From: Malacoraja senta
Taxonomy: Eukaryota
Length of the DNA: 64,000 bases
Assembly: GCA_038087875.1 (NCBI GenBank)
Contig: CM075997.1
Coordinates: forward strand, 1,304,001-1,368,000
Direction of reading: 5' to 3'
The notes beneath the pieces were generated by a model. That model did no database searches and had not been told where the DNA came from. It saw nothing but the letters and a program-made list of their open reading frames with translations. Within the stretch, counting starts at the first letter, position 1, and every line of letters begins with the position of its first letter. The translations under genes and the position numbers were made by a program. Positions 24,353 to 38,612 of this stretch are shown piece by piece.

Positions 24353-27189
24353 CAGAAATTCTTAGTTCACAGGAAGCTCGTAAACAGTGAGTACACAATA
24401 AAAGTAACGACAAATACAAAAGACAGCAAAATGAGTGCGAAAGCAGCAGAATGACAGATTGTCGTGCAATCTAGTGCAAAGGTACAGACAGACCTTTGAT
24501 CTCGACCTGGTGCGGCACGGTGGCACAGCGGTAGAGTTGCTGCCTTACAGCGTTTGCAGTGCCGGAGACCCGGGTTCAATCCCGACTAGGAGTGCTGTCT
24601 GTACGGAGTTTGCACGTTCTCCCCGTGACCGCGTGGGGGTTTTTTCTCCAAGATCTCCCGTTTCCTCCCGCACTCCAAAGACGTATAGGTTTGTAGGTTA
24701 ATTGGCTTGGTATATGTGTAGATTGTCCCTAGTGTGTGTAGGATGGTGTTAGTGTGTGGGGATCGCTGGTCGGCACTCAATGGTCTACGAGTAACTCAGC
24801 GAGTCAGGCAGCATCTCTGAAGAACATGGGTAGGCGGTGTTTGTCGGATTGGAACTCTTCTTCAGACGATTTTAATATTTGTATATTGGATGTCCGCACT
24901 AATGTCGTTGTGGTGGCAATAGTGTACTGGCGCAGCGGTAGAGTTGCTGCCTTACAGCGCCAGAGACACTGGTTCGATCCTGACCACGGGTGCTTGTCTA
25001 AATGGAGTTTGTACGTTCTCCACGTGACCGCATTGGTTACCTCCGGGTGCTCCAGTTTCTTCCCACACGTGTAGGTCTGTAGCTTAGTATAGGAAAGAAC
25101 TGCAGATGCTGGTTTCTTCTCTGATCTGAGGTTTCAGGTCGGAACTCTTCTTTAGACATACTTCAGATTTGATTAGTACGGGAGTCCAGGGTTATGGGGA
25201 GAAGGCAGGAGAATGGGGATTGAGGGAAAGATAGATCAGCCATGATTGAATGGCAGAGTAGACTTGTTGGGCCGAATGGCCTAATTCTGCTCCTATAACT
25301 GATGAACATGTTGCCCTTACAACCAGTCTGAAGAAGGCTCCCGACTCGAACCGTCACCTTTCCATGTTCTCCACGGATGCTGCCTGACCGACTGAGATAC
25401 TGCAAGTGCTGGTTTACTCCGAAGATAGACACAAAATGCTTGAGTAATAGAAACTCGGCCCAAAACGTCACCCATCACTTCTCTGCAGAAATGCTGCCTG
25501 TCCCGCTGAGTTACTCCAGCATTTTGTGTCTATCTCCAGTGTAAACCAGCATCTGCAGATCCTTCGTAAGCATATCCGGGATCAGATACCTCTGTACTGA
25601 TCAAGATCTAGGTGGGCGGTACACAAAAATGCTGGAGAAACTCAGCGGGTGCAGCAGCATCTATGGAGCGAAGGAAATAGGCAACGTTTCGGGCTGAAAC
25701 ACTTCTTCAGATCTAGGTGGGACCTTGTGTTCAGTTTGAAACTGGCTGCTCTGTATCTGCTAGTAAAACAGATCTTTGAAGATCTGAACATCTCTACAGG
25801 AAGATAGACACAAATTGCTGGAGTAACTCAGCGGGACAGACAGCATCTCTGGAGAGATGGAATGGGTGACGTTTCGGGTCTAGACCCTTCAGAAACCTCA
25901 CCCATTCCTTCTCTCCAGAGATGTTGCCTGCCCCGCTGAGTTACTCCAGCATTTTGTGTCCATCTTCGATTTAAACCAGCATCTGCAGTTCCTTCCTAGA
26001 CAGATCTATGAAAATGTTTGTTTCTCAGTGTCACAGTGTACGTCTGTGCAGTTCATTGTGACATTCCAGTCAAATGATAGCCAATGTTAAGTTGCATTGT
26101 TTATCAATTTGAAATAAATGTCACTTTAATAGGTCTTTATAAACTCGTGATTTATGCTTGTACCAGCCCCAAGCTTAGCAATTAATTTATGAGCAGTTAC
26201 TCTGTGGAGCAAAGTTGTTTTGCTGCTCTGCCAGGAGCTCTGTGAAATACAAAGTGACGGAGCTAACGTGTACTTGAGAGAGATGATTAACAACTTTCCC
26301 CATTGTGCTTCTCTTTACTCTGGGACGCATTATCGGTTATTACTGTGCATTCTGTATTAGTTTTCTCTCCGCTATGGAAAAATACCCGAATTAAATGCAG
26401 TTGTAGCAGAGAACAGGGAATCAAGAATCTATCAATCTCCGCCTTCAAAATATCGGAGTAACTCAGCGGGACAGGCAGCATCTCTGGAGAGAAGGAATGG
26501 GTGACATTTCGGGCCGAGACCCTTCCTCAAACCAGACCCAAAACATCACCCATTCCTTCTCTCCACAGATGCTGCCTGACCCGCTGAGTTACTCCAGCAC
26601 TTCAGTTTAGTTTATTCTCAAGTGGACAGTGAAAAGCTTTTGTTGTGTGCTATCCAGTCAGCAGAAAGGCAATGCATGATTACAATCGAGCCATTTACAG
26701 CATATAGATACTTGATAAGGGAATAGCGTTTAGTGCAAGGTAAAGCCAGCAAAGTCCGATCAAGGATAGCCCGAGGATCACTTTGTGTCCATCTTCATTG
26801 TAAACCAGCAACTGCAGTTCCATCCTACACATTATTATTTTACTGGGGTTTTTCAGCTTCTGCCATTAATCGGTGTTGTTTTTATGGTTACTATTTTGTT
26901 TACTGTGTATTAATCAAATGAACTTCTTATCTGAGTCAGCTGCTTCACGTTTCAATGACAATGAAGCAAATAGATTGCAGACGATAGCATAGCTGGCCCG
27001 AGTCCTGTATTTATGTTTATTTTGTATAGTTAATTTATTTGAGTCGATGCTCAAGATTTAATAAATTCCATATCATTGGATAACGCAAGTGAAAGGATAG
27101 ATGTGTCATTTCTATAAAGACTTTCACAACATCAGTGTCCCAGTCCACTTTACAGTCACCAAAGTGATTTTGAGGTGAAGAAAAAAGCG

Positions 27190-27515
27190 TCATGGTGGAG
27201 CAGCGGGTAGAGTTGCTGCCTCACAGCGCCAGAGACCCAGGTTCGATCCTGACTACGGGTGCTTGTCTGTACGGAGTTTGTACGTTCTCCCCGTGACCTG
27301 TGTGGGTTTTCTCCAGGCGCTCTGGTTTCCTCCCACACCAAAGACGTACAGATTTGTAGGCTAATTGGCTTGGTAAAATTGTAAATTGTCACTAGTGTGT
27401 GTAGGATAATGTTGGTGTGCGGAGATCGTAGGTCGGCGTCAACTCAGTGGGCCGAAGGGCCTCTTTCCACGCTGTATCTCTAAACTATGCCAAACTAAAC
27501 TAAATTAAACTAAAA
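27190..27515 (+). mobile_element. V-SINE (HE1-like)
   Basis: Full structure with (AAACT)n end. Confidence 0.85.
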
Positions 27516-28040
27516 CAAATGTTCTAGAAACTTTTTTATGCTAGAAACAAGAAACGAAGTGCCAGAAAAGTGTCTATCTGTCTCTGCTTGAAACACTCAG
27601 CAGGTCAGGCAGCATTTGTGCAGTGACAAACAGGCCTACAACCCTAAAAGTATCCTTGACTGATACATTATCTGTTGAAGCAAGGAACTGCAGATACTTG
27701 TTTACCAATTAAAGACACAAAGTGCTGGAGTAACTCGGCAGGTCAGGCAGCATCCCTGGAGAACATGGATAGGTGACATTTCAGGTCAGGACCCCTTCCT
27801 CAGTCTGAAGAAAGGTCCCGACCTGAAATATCAGCAGGTCATGTTTTCCAGGGATGCTATGCTGCCTGACTCGCAGAGTTTCTCCAGCATTTTGTGTCTT
27901 TCCTTAATACGTCAAGCGTTTCTCTTCCCTGAGTTACTGGCTGACCTGCTAAGTGTTTTCAAAAGTTTCATTTTGTTATGTCGCATTTCCAACATTTGGA
28001 CCACTGCATAGGTAGGAAAAGTTTAGAAGGCTATGGACTA

Positions 28041-28403
28041 ATAATAATAATAATAATGGATGGGATTTATATAGCGCCTTTCTAATACTCAAGGCGCTTT
28101 ACATCGCATTATTCATTCACTCCTCAGTCACACTCGGTGGTGGTGAGCTACTTCTGTAGCCACAGCTGCCCTGGGGCAGACTGACGGAAGCGTGGCTGCT
28201 AATCTGCGCCTACGGCCCCCCCGACCACCACCAATCACTCACACACATTCACACACATTCACACACATTCACACACATTCACACGCAGGCAAAGGTGGGT
28301 CAAGTGTCTTGCCCAAGGACACAACGACAGTATGCACTCCAAGCGGGATTCGAACCGGCTACCTTCCGGTTGCCAGCCGAACACTTAGCCCATTGCGCCA
28401 TCT
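28041..28403 (-). mobile_element. tRNA-derived CORE-type SINE with L2-like tail and (ATT)n end
   Basis: A box TGGCGCAATGG, B box GGTTCGAATCC, CORE-like GTGTCCTTGGGCAAGACACTT, tail hairpin AGCGCCTTGAGTATTAGAAAGGCGCT. Confidence 0.8.
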
Positions 28404-29619
28404 AAACACAGGTCTAGAAGGTTATGGGCAACTGGGACTAGTTTGGATGGGGCATCTTGGTCGGCATGGATAAGTTGGGCCGAATGGCCTGTTTCCATGC
28501 TGTATCACTCTATGATTCAATCTGCAGGTTTTTTTTAATGTAGATTCTGGTTTACACCGAAGATGGACACAAAATGCTGGAGTATCTCAGCGGGTCAGGC
28601 AGCATTTCTGAAGAAAAGAAATAGGTGACGTTTCGGGTCAGTTCTGACCTCTGGCGCAGTCTCTGTGGGGTTTGCACGTTCTCCCTGTGACTGAGGGTTT
28701 CCACTGGCTGCCACAGTTTCCTCCCAAATCCCCCGACTCTCAGTGTGAAGAAGGGTCTCGACCCGAACCGTCACCTATTCCTTTTCTCAAGAGATGCTGC
28801 CTCATCTGCTGAGTTACTCCAGCATTTTGTGTCCATCTGCAGTTAATTTTTAATATAAATTTATTTTTTAGGCGTGGACATTGATGCAGGGAATAATGTT
28901 CAAGGGATGAGTCTAACCCATGGAGTTGGTCCAAGATACAGGGTCAGTTATAGCCTTGAGGCATCAGTCAATAGAGCTTTATAATGCTTGGCAACCGTCT
29001 GAAACGGTTCAGGCACAAAAGCGGGACTGTTGCTTCACTAATGAGTGGCTGAAGACTCTAATACTCGTGACTTCGTTGGGCACAGAGGCTGAGTCCATAA
29101 ATCAAGTGTTGAAGTCTGCAAGGTACTCATTCTTCAAAGCCCCGGTGGTAGCCATCACTGTTCACAAATCTACACATATTGATGCACTTGGCTCCTGCAT
29201 ACCACAGCTTTAAAATATGGATCTAAGCATTTATCACTATGCATGTCCTAATATTTATTTGATGTTGTTTGATGTGGAATTCTGTTTGGCAATCACGGGC
29301 AGCACGGTAGAGCAGCGGTAGAGTTGCTGCCTTACAGCGCCAGAGACCCAGGTTCGATCCTGACTACGGGTGCTGTCCGTGCGGTGTTTGTACGCTCCCC
29401 CTATTACCGTGTGGGTTTACCCCGGGTGCTCCGGTTTCCTCCCACATTCCAAAGACGTGCGGGTTTGTAGGTTAATTGGCTTCGGTAAAATCGTAAAATT
29501 GTCTCTAGTGTGTAGAACAGTGCTCGAGTTCATGTTTTTGTTTATTGCCACGCGTACCGAGGTACAGTGAAAAGCTTTTGTTGCGTGCTATCCAGCCTAT
29601 CCAGATACCCGAAACGTCA

Positions 29620-30063
29620 CCCAATCAATTTCAAGCTCCTTCTTTATGTTTACCAAGCCCCCACCTACATCAAAAGTCTGCTTACCCACCACACCACCTC
29701 CAGGTCCCTCAGATCGTCCGACTTGGGGTCACTGACCATCCCGCGGTCTAGGCATAAGCTCACGGGCGACCGCGCTTTTGCGGTTGCAGCTCCTAGACTA
29801 TGGAACAGCATCCCTCTTCCCATCAGAACTGCCCCCTCCATCGACTCTTTTAAGTCTAGACTTAAAACTTATTTCTACTCTCAAGCCTTTTTTGAGGTCC
29901 TCTGAGGGAGGGCTATATGTATGTATCTACGTATGTATGTATTGTTAGATCTATGTACCACTGTTTGTAGCACATTAGTACCTGCACCAATGTAAAACAT
30001 TTTGGTCAACGAGAGTTGTTTTTAAATGTGCTATAGAAATAAAATTGACTTGACTGACTTGAC
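29620..30063 (+). mobile_element. L2 LINE 3' fragment
   Basis: GDRAFAVAAPRLWNSIPLPIRTAPSIDSFKSRLKTYF; tail aataaaattgacttgactgacttga. Confidence 0.85.
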
Positions 30064-30681
30064 CTCTCCCCAGAGATGCTGCTTGACCCGCTGAGTTACT
30101 CCAGCATTTTGTGTCAACCTTTGATTTTACCAGCATCTGCAGTTCTTTCTTACTATCAAACTAGTGATCGCAGGTCTGCACGGACTCGTTGGGCCAAAGG
30201 GCCTGTTCCCGTGCTGTATCTCTAAACTAAATCACACCAGTTTACGGTGGAGTGATAGTGAGATCTAGCTTGGAAACAGACCCTCTGACCCACTGAATCG
30301 GCCTCAATCACCAAGCATACATTTTAACAGCAATCCTGCTGAGTTAAATTTAAAATACAGCATGGTAACAGGTCCTTCGGCCCACCGAGTCGATGCCCAT
30401 CGATCACCCGTTCACAATAGTTCGACCCGTTATCTCACTTTCTCATCCAATCCCTGCACGTTAAGGGTACTTTGCAGTGGCCAATTAACCCACAAACCCG
30501 CACGTCGTTGGGATGTGGGAGGAAACCCAAGCACCCAGAGGAAATCCATGCGGTCACAGGGAGAACGTGCAAACTCCACACGGACAGCACCCGAGCTCAG
30601 GATTGAACCCGGGGTCTCTGGCGCTGTGGGGCAGAGGCTTTACCAGTTACGCCACTGTGCCGCCCACAACTCTTCACATGT

Positions 30682-31192
30682 TGTTTAAGAAGGAACTGCA
30701 GATGCTGGAAAACCGAAGGTACACAAAAATGCTGTGAGTACTGGAGGCGTTCCTCGTGGCCAAGATGGCGTCGCGGGACACGGGGCAGGCGATGCAGGCC
30801 AGAGTTGGGGCCCGGAGCCTGCAGTCGAGTCGCGGAGTGTCAGCGGTGGGAGCGGCCTGGAGGCGGGCTAATTTCAGGTCCTTGGTGGAGTTACGGTGGG
30901 CCAGGAATCGTTGATTGAAGAGGTGGATCTTCCGGCGGATGAAATATAGTTGTGGTCCGTTGCAGGTCTGGGTGAGTGAGGCCCGAAGTTTCGGGAGAGT
31001 CAATGCGAGGGCCTGCTGGTGCCGGCACATCGCAGGCAGAGTAGATCTCAGTGCCCGGTTGGAGAATTGTTGTGTTTGCCGGTAGATAGCCAGTCGGTAC
31101 CGATAGTCCGGCTGGGGTCCGAACTGGGAGGTAGGGAACTGGAGCTGGAAGCCATGAGGTATGAGATGGAGGCGCAAGCATGCCCGAGGATG
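30682..31192 (-). mobile_element. Penelope-like element ORF N-terminal fragment fused to terminal-repeat end
   Basis: Open minus frame ACLRLHLIPHGFQLQF...YFIRRKIHLFNQRFLAHRNSTKDLKLARL resembles the CxxxxxxPxGF N-terminal region of PLE ORFs; joined directly to the repeat end AGCATTTTTGTGTACC...CAGTTCCTTCTTAAACA. Confidence 0.6.
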
Positions 31193-34100
31193 TTCACATG
31201 TTATTCCCCTCCATTGCCATCAACTGCCCAAGATTCGACCACTCTTTTCACACCCGGATCCAATGGCTAATTAACCCACCCAGGAAGGGTCCCGACCCAA
31301 AGCATCGCCTGTCCATTCCACCGCAGATGCTGCCTGACCACTGAGTTCCTCCAGCACTTTGTCTTTTGCTGAAGATTCCAGCATCTGCAGTTTCTTGTCT
31401 CCCCAACTTACAGGTGTCTAGGATGTGGGAGGGAAACCAAATCACCCAGAGGCAAATCTACAGTCACAGTAAGAACATGCGAACTCCACACCAACAGAAG
31501 CAGATCAGCATTGAACCCGGCTTGGTGGAGCTGTGAAGCACAGCTGTACTAGTGCTGCCTGTCTGAGACTGTACAACTTTAAGGGTGCCATATTGATGTA
31601 AGCTGATGTGTGGACATTGATAACCAAATCATTGCCAGCAGCTTTGTTTGATAAACATCATTAAACTCAGCAGCTTAGCTTCTCGGAATACTTTGATGCA
31701 AGACATTGTGTTCCCAGTTGATGTTTGGAATATGTTGGGGTGCAATTTACTTCTTCCTCAGCCCCTCGAATCCCACTGTTTAGTTTAGGTTAGGGATACA
31801 GTGCAGAAACAGGCCCTTCGGCACCGACCAGCGATCCCCGCATCTGAACACTACCCTACACACACTAGGGACATTTTTTTACATTTATACATTTATACCA
31901 AGCCAATTAACCTACAAACCTGGTATGTCTTTGGAGTGTGGGAGGAAACCGAAGATCTCAGAGATAACCCACGCAGGTCACGGGGAGATTGTACAAACTC
32001 TGTGCAGACAAGCACCCGTAGTCAGGATCGAAGCTGGGTCTCTGGCGCTGTAAGGCAGTAGCTCCACTGCTGTGCCACCCTGCTTTATCTTCAGTCAACG
32101 TCATTTGTTAATCACCTATCCTTTCGTGCCTGCGGATAATTAAATACAGTTGCTGGCTTCTAACCTCAGAGCTGAATTTGTAGACTGATATTATCAATAT
32201 CCCATAATCTATATTTCTCTGTTCATAAATTCATTTGTGACAGGAGCAGAATTAGGCCATTTGGCCCATCAAGTCTATTCCGCCATTCAATTTAAGTATA
32301 AGGGGGAAGTTTTAAGGATAAGGGGGAAGTTTTAAGGATAAGGGGGAAGTATTTTAGGACCGAGATGAGAAAAACATTTTTCACACAGAGAGTGGTGAAT
32401 CTGTGGAATTATCTGCCACAGAAGGTAGTTGAGGCCAGTTCATTGGCAATATTTAAGAGGGAGTTAGATGTGGCCCTTGTGGCTAAAGGGATCAGGTGGT
32501 ATGGAGAGAAGGCAGATACAGGATACTGAGTTGGATGATCAGCCATGATCATATTGAATGGCGGTGCAGGCTCAACGGGCCGAATGGCCTACTCCTGCAC
32601 CTATTTTCTATGTTTCTAATCAGGGCTGATCTATCTCTCCCTCTCAACCCCATTCTCCTGCCTTCTCCCCATAACCCCCTGACACCCGCACTAATCAAGA
32701 ATCTATCTCTGCCTTAAATATATCCATTGACATGGCCTCCACACACCCTTCTGTGGCAATGAATTCCACAGATTCATCACCCTCTGACTCTGATAAAGAG
32801 AAATAGCACCAGACATAGATGGAATTCTGCCATAAGAACTGAAAATATTAAAAATCAATAACAACATCCAAGATAAAAGTCGGCTACTGTAAGTTTGAGA
32901 ATTCAATGATATTGGACTCTGATCTGATCTGATCTGATTGCAACTAATGTCACTACTGAAGAGTGTACTGTGAATGAGTTTCTAGTCAGTGATACGCAAC
33001 TATAATAGCTTTCCGTAATTTAACTTCTGTATAATCAGATTTATTTTATATGAATTCATACTGAACAATAAGGTTAGTGCTAGTGTTTCGCTGCGTTTAT
33101 TATCACATGTACCGAGGTACCGTGAAAAGCTTTTGTGGTGTGCCAACCAGTCAGTGGAAAGACTATACAGGATTACAATCGAGCCGTCCACTGTGTACAG
33201 ATACATGATGAAGGGAACAACGTGAATAACATTTGGTTTAGATAGGGGGGTCACTGGTTGGCGCAGACTCGGTGGGCCGAAGGTCCTGTTTCGAAGCTGT
33301 ATCTCTGAAGTCTAAGGACTCTGTAGTTGAATAATACTCCCACAGAGATGGTTAGAACACAACATCTGATTGAGAGATTAAAACGATGACCTAAATAGCA
33401 GACAGCAAAGCTCACAACAGCCGTACCAGCTCAGATTAGGTTACAGGTTGACAACCACTCCTTGGTTTTCCCATTTAACACAAATGCTGACACAAAATCA
33501 GTAGAATTCCCTCCCTGGTTTGTGTCAGTACCTGCAGTAGGTTTCAGTGCAACTGCGATCCACCTGTATTCTCCATATCTTTCAAGCAGCACAACTGTTT
33601 TCAGAGATGATGAATTTGATCGAGGCGTGCAGATAATGTTCTGTGCATGAGGAGAGGGGCTCAGGGCTCGATGGGATTATAACCTTGAGATTAGTGCCAT
33701 TTATTTCCGTTTGACTTTGTTTTTCTTTTTGCTAGCAGTGGGAAATGCCAGCAGCCTAGTGCTCTAGTTTTAAAGCTGAGGTCAGGTAACTCATGTCATC
33801 TCCAATGTTGTGGAGGTAAATGGGATGTTTGAAGAGTTTCTCGTGACTGCAGCCTTTGGGAGGATGTCCAATGTTGCTGCCTGGTTCTCACCTCGGGCAA
33901 GTGCTGCCCTTTGCAGGAGGTTGCTGGTTCAGTTGTGTTTGGACTTGATTTAGCTTATTGTCACGTGCACCGAGGCACAGTGAAAAGCTTTTGTTGCGCG
34001 CTAACCACTCAGCGGAAAGACAATACACGATTTCAATCGACCCATTCACAGTGTACAGAGAGGGGAATCTCTGGATGCTTTCAAGAGAGAGTTAGATGGA

Positions 34101-37031
34101 GCTCTTAAAGATAGCAGAGTCAGGGGATATGAGGAGAAGGCAGGAACGGGAAACTGATTGCGGATGATGAGCCATGATCACATTGAATGGTGGTGCTGGC
34201 TCGAAGGGCCGAATGGCCTACTCCTGTACCTATTGTCTATTGTTTAGTGCAAGATAAAGTCCGATCAAAGATAGTCTGAGAGTCTCCAGTGAGGTAGATA
34301 GTAGATCGTAGACCGCTCTCTAGTTGTGGTAGGATGGTTCAGTTGCCTGATTATAGCATGGAAACAGGCCCTTTGGCCCAAACTGCCCACACCGACCAAC
34401 ATGTCCCATCTACACTAGTCCCACCTGCCTGCGTTTGATCCATATCTCTCTAACCCTATCCTATCCATGTACCTGTCTAAATAGATGAAGTGAATGTAGA
34501 ATAAGCAAACATGTAGAAACTGTTCTAAAAATGTAGTTTTACATGTTCCCTTGAAGTCAGGTATTCACATCCACCTGACCTGACTTCAAGAAAACATTTA
34601 AAACAGCATTTGGACAGGTACGTAAGAAAGGTTTAAAGGGATAAGGGCCAAATGTAGGCAAATGGGACTGAGCTGGATGGGGCATCCTGGTCGGCATGGA
34701 CAAGTTGGGCCGATGGGCCTGTTTACCTGCTGTATAACTCTATGGCTCTATAAGAGGGACCACATTTGTCTAATTAATTTTGACAAGATCCCATATTTAT
34801 ATGGAACCTTGAACATTATTTTAAAAAATCCCAAGGGGGTTTAAAGGTGGAATATATCGGCATGGACCATTCATGATTCACTAAAGACACACAGAAAGTG
34901 CTGGAGTAACTCAGTGGGTCAGGCAGCATCTCTGGAGAACATGGACAGGTGACGTTTCGGATTGGGACGTTTGTCAGACTGAAGGTCATTCAGCCCATCG
35001 GGTCTATGCAAGCTCCCACAGGGTAGTCCAGTCCATCTGACTCCCGCCACTTATTCCCATCTAACCTAACTTAAGGGCGGCTCAGTGGTAGAGTTGCTGC
35101 CTTACAGCACCAGAGACCTCGGTTCAATCCTGACTATGGGCGCTGTCTGTACAGAGTTTGTACGTTCTCCCTGTGACCACGTGAGTTTTCTCCGGGTGCT
35201 CCGGTTTCCTCCCACACTCCAAAACCGTACAGGATTGTAGGCTAATTGGCGTCGGTAAAATTGTCCCTGGTGTGTAGTCTAGAGTTAACGCACGTGGTGA
35301 TGGCTGGTTGGCGTGGACTCAGCGAGCCAAAGGGCCTGTTTACGCGCTGTATTTCTAAAGTTTACACTGTTTCCTAAGCTATAAGCAGAGCTGAGAATAT
35401 GTGTCCTCATTGGCACAAAGAAATCCTTGGCTGTTTGCGTTACCTCGCTTTTCAAATACATTTTGCAAAGCTTCATCTGTTTAAGTCCGGGAAGACTGTA
35501 TTTTATTTTCATTAAGGTGTCCCTGGTAGCAGCTGTGCTGTGCACCAGAGGTTTTCACAGGCTGGCTATTGTGTGTAACCAGTGTTAATTAGTGCAGGGT
35601 AAACAGAAAAGCTACTTAACACACCTGCAGAGAGCTGGAAGATCAGAATCAAGATGCTCTGTATTTCTGAATAAACTCAAGTAACATTCAATTAATTCCA
35701 GGCCTGCGCACGAGGCTTGATACACAAGTGTAGGAGACAAATTTAAAACTAAAAATGTAGATTTCAGGTTTTCTTCCAAACAATGATATGTCTCTCTTGG
35801 CCGAGATAGGATATTTCAGAGATTTGGACGTTTCAAAATGGTGCTGGAATGTGGCAGCACTCGACCGCAGTCCCAGATGAGGATTTGTGTAGGAAGGAAC
35901 TGCAGATGCAGGTTTACACCGAAGACAGACACAAAATGCTGGAGTAAGTCAGTGCGACAGGCAGCATCTCTGGAGAGAAGGAATGGGTGACGTTTCTGGT
36001 CGAGACCCTTCGGGTCTGCTGCCTGTCCCGCTGAGTTACACCAACATTTATTGTCTAGCTTCAGGGTTGTAGGTTATTTGGCATCAGTATAGATTGTAAA
36101 TTGTCCCTAGTGCGCAGAATAGTGCTAGTGTCTGGGGGGGGGGGTCGCTGGTCAGCGTGGACTCAGTGGGCCGAAGGGCCTGTTTCCGTGCTGTATCGCT
36201 AAATGAAACTAAACTAAAAAAGCATTTGGGGCTAAAAATGCCTCCCACCCACGCATGCATCGTGTTGTTGAACTCGCTCACCTCTTCCATTGGTTAATTC
36301 AATGGTTTCTTTATCGCCACATGTACAGAGATGAGGTGAAATGCTTGTTCTGCATGTTATCCATCAAACCATTCCATACATGAGTATAATAGACCTTTTA
36401 CCGGAAGAGCACGCAGAGAGTCGTCACGTTCCGGCGGCGTTTGGTCATTTCCAAATCGCTGCGGGTGTCTGAACTTGGTCAGGGAGACTTGGAATCCATG
36501 CATTTCTCACTTTAAGGCATGGTGGCGGCACTGGATGGATGGTGTAGGGGTCGGCCTGGCCCAGCGCGATGCCGTCAGCACCTTCCGCCACCGTTCTGTG
36601 CAGCCGCCGCAGGCTGCGCTCGATCCGCTCGCTCGCCCGGTTGCTGTAGGGCCTCGCGTGGCCGCCTCCGTCAACATCACCGCTCACGACCACCGCAAAG
36701 CGTGTGCCGAGGTGGATACTTCCTCGACAGATCTTTAGGGGAGTTGGAGGACAGTTCACTGCCACTAACGTTCTCCTTCACCTTTCACCTTTCCCCTTCC
36801 ACTGCCGCCATCTTGGCTTCACAGGTCAGGCTTGAACTCAGCCCCTGGAGCTGTTGGGCTCACTATTGATATCAATTGGTGCTGTTGGAAGTGGCAGTTT
36901 GTCTATAGACATAGACATAGAAAATAGGTACAGCCAGGAGTAGGCCATTCGGCCCTTCGAGCCTGCACCGCCATTCAATATGATCATGTCTATCTGGGCA
37001 TGGGCTTGATTTCTGCTTTCTCTCGGTGCAG

Positions 37032-37134
37032 ACGGTCAACTTTTGCCACCTCAAAGAAGCTCTGGAAGTGGACTGGAGCAACGAGAAAGATGCCTCCTTG
37101 AAACGAACACCCAGCGATTATTTCCTCCTTCAAG
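37032..37134 (+). CDS. SAE1: SAE1 internal exon (equivalent of human exon 6)
   Basis: ctttctctcggtgcag acceptor and CAAG|gtaaag donor; 103 nt. Encodes TVNFCHLKEALEVDWSNEKDASLKRTPSDYFLLQ (human KVVFCPVKEALEVDWSSEKAKAALKRTTSDYFLLQ). Confidence 0.95.
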
Positions 37135-38255
37135 GTAAAGGAACAGCTTATGCAGAGTGTAACTGGGCAGAGTGTTTCAATTGATCTTCAATGCTTTTCA
37201 GTTCAGTTTAGTTTACTGTCACGTGTATCGAGGACCAGTAAAAAGCTTTACTTGTAATTAATGAGATAGATGCAAATACTACAGCTTACATTGTTTTGCT
37301 TTGATCCTTTGCTGTGTCTTACTGTGTGATGCTTATACCCTTATATTTTCTTTTTCTGTTAAGTCATTCTGGGATATGAACAACATGGATAAAACTGTGG
37401 TTGTTGCTTCAATGTTTGTTACTATGAGCTCCCTATTGATTGTCATGTGTACCGGGATATCTCGTACTTTGTGTGCTTTTTATTTAAACAAAAACTTAAG
37501 TACAATGACGTCCACCAAGTCCGCAAGAAGGTAGGTTGGAAGATTGGGACTACAGTGGCACAGCAGTAGAGTTGCTGCCTCACAGCGCCAGAGATCCGGG
37601 TTCGATCCTGACTACAGGTGTTGTCTGTACGGAGTTTGTGCATTCTCTCTGTGACACGTAGGTTTCCTCCGCATGCTCTGGTTTCCTCACATACCTCAAA
37701 GACGTGCAGGTTTTTTAGGTTGATTAGCTTCTGTAAAATTGCCGCTATGTGTGCAGGATAGAACTATTGCGTAGACACAAAATGCTGGAGTAACTCAGCA
37801 GGTGAGGCAGCATCTATGGAGAGAAGGAATGGGTGTCGTTTCAGTTCGACACCCTTCTTCAGAAGCGTCTCGACCTGAAACGTTTCCCATTCCTTCTCTC
37901 CTGCCGGTCCCGCAGAGTTACTCCAGCTTTTTGTGTCTATCTGCAGTTTCATAATGGGCAGCACGGTGGAGCAGCGGTAGATTTGCTGCCTTAAAGCGCC
38001 AGAGACTTGGGGTCGATCCTGACCTACGGGTGCTGTCTACATGGAGTTTTTGCATTTTCCCCGTGACCTGCGTGGGTTTTTTTCCGACAAAATCTTCAGT
38101 TTCCTCCCACACTCAAGGTTAATTGGCTTGGTATAAAAGAATGTAAATTGTCCCTAGTGTATGTGGGATAGTGTTAATGTGCGGGGATCACTGGTCGGTG
38201 CGGACTCGGTGGGCTGAAGGGCCTGTCTCCGTGCTGTATCTCTAAACTAATCTAA

Positions 38256-38612
38256 AGGGCCTGTCCCACTGTACGAGGTAATTCAAGAGTTCTCCCGAGT
38301 TCTCCCCTGATTCGAGCTCGTGTAATGTACGTAGCGGGTACGTAGGAGCTCGTGGGTGTCACGTGGCAGCTCGTACGTGTAAAAAGTAACAATCTTTTTC
38401 ATCACGAGTATTTTTTTACTCGTGGACATTTTTCACAGTGTTGAAAAAACGTCACGAGTTTACCGGATTTCCCGATTACCTACCGTTACTCGTACGAGCC
38501 GCTACGTGACATCCACGAGCTCCTACGTACCCGCTACGTACATTACACGAGCTCGAATCAGGGGAGAACTCGGGAGAACGCTTGGATTACCTCGTACAGT
38601 GGGACAGGCCCT
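38256..38612. mobile_element. PIF/Harbinger-type MITE
   Basis: TIR AGGGCCTGTCCCAC / GTGGGACAGGCCCT, TAA duplication on both sides. Confidence 0.88.

Noticed and set aside
36445..36765. IERSLRRLHR as a BBC3/PUMA BH3 motif
   Set aside because: Lacks the conserved (G/A)D of BH3 domains; no start or splice support.
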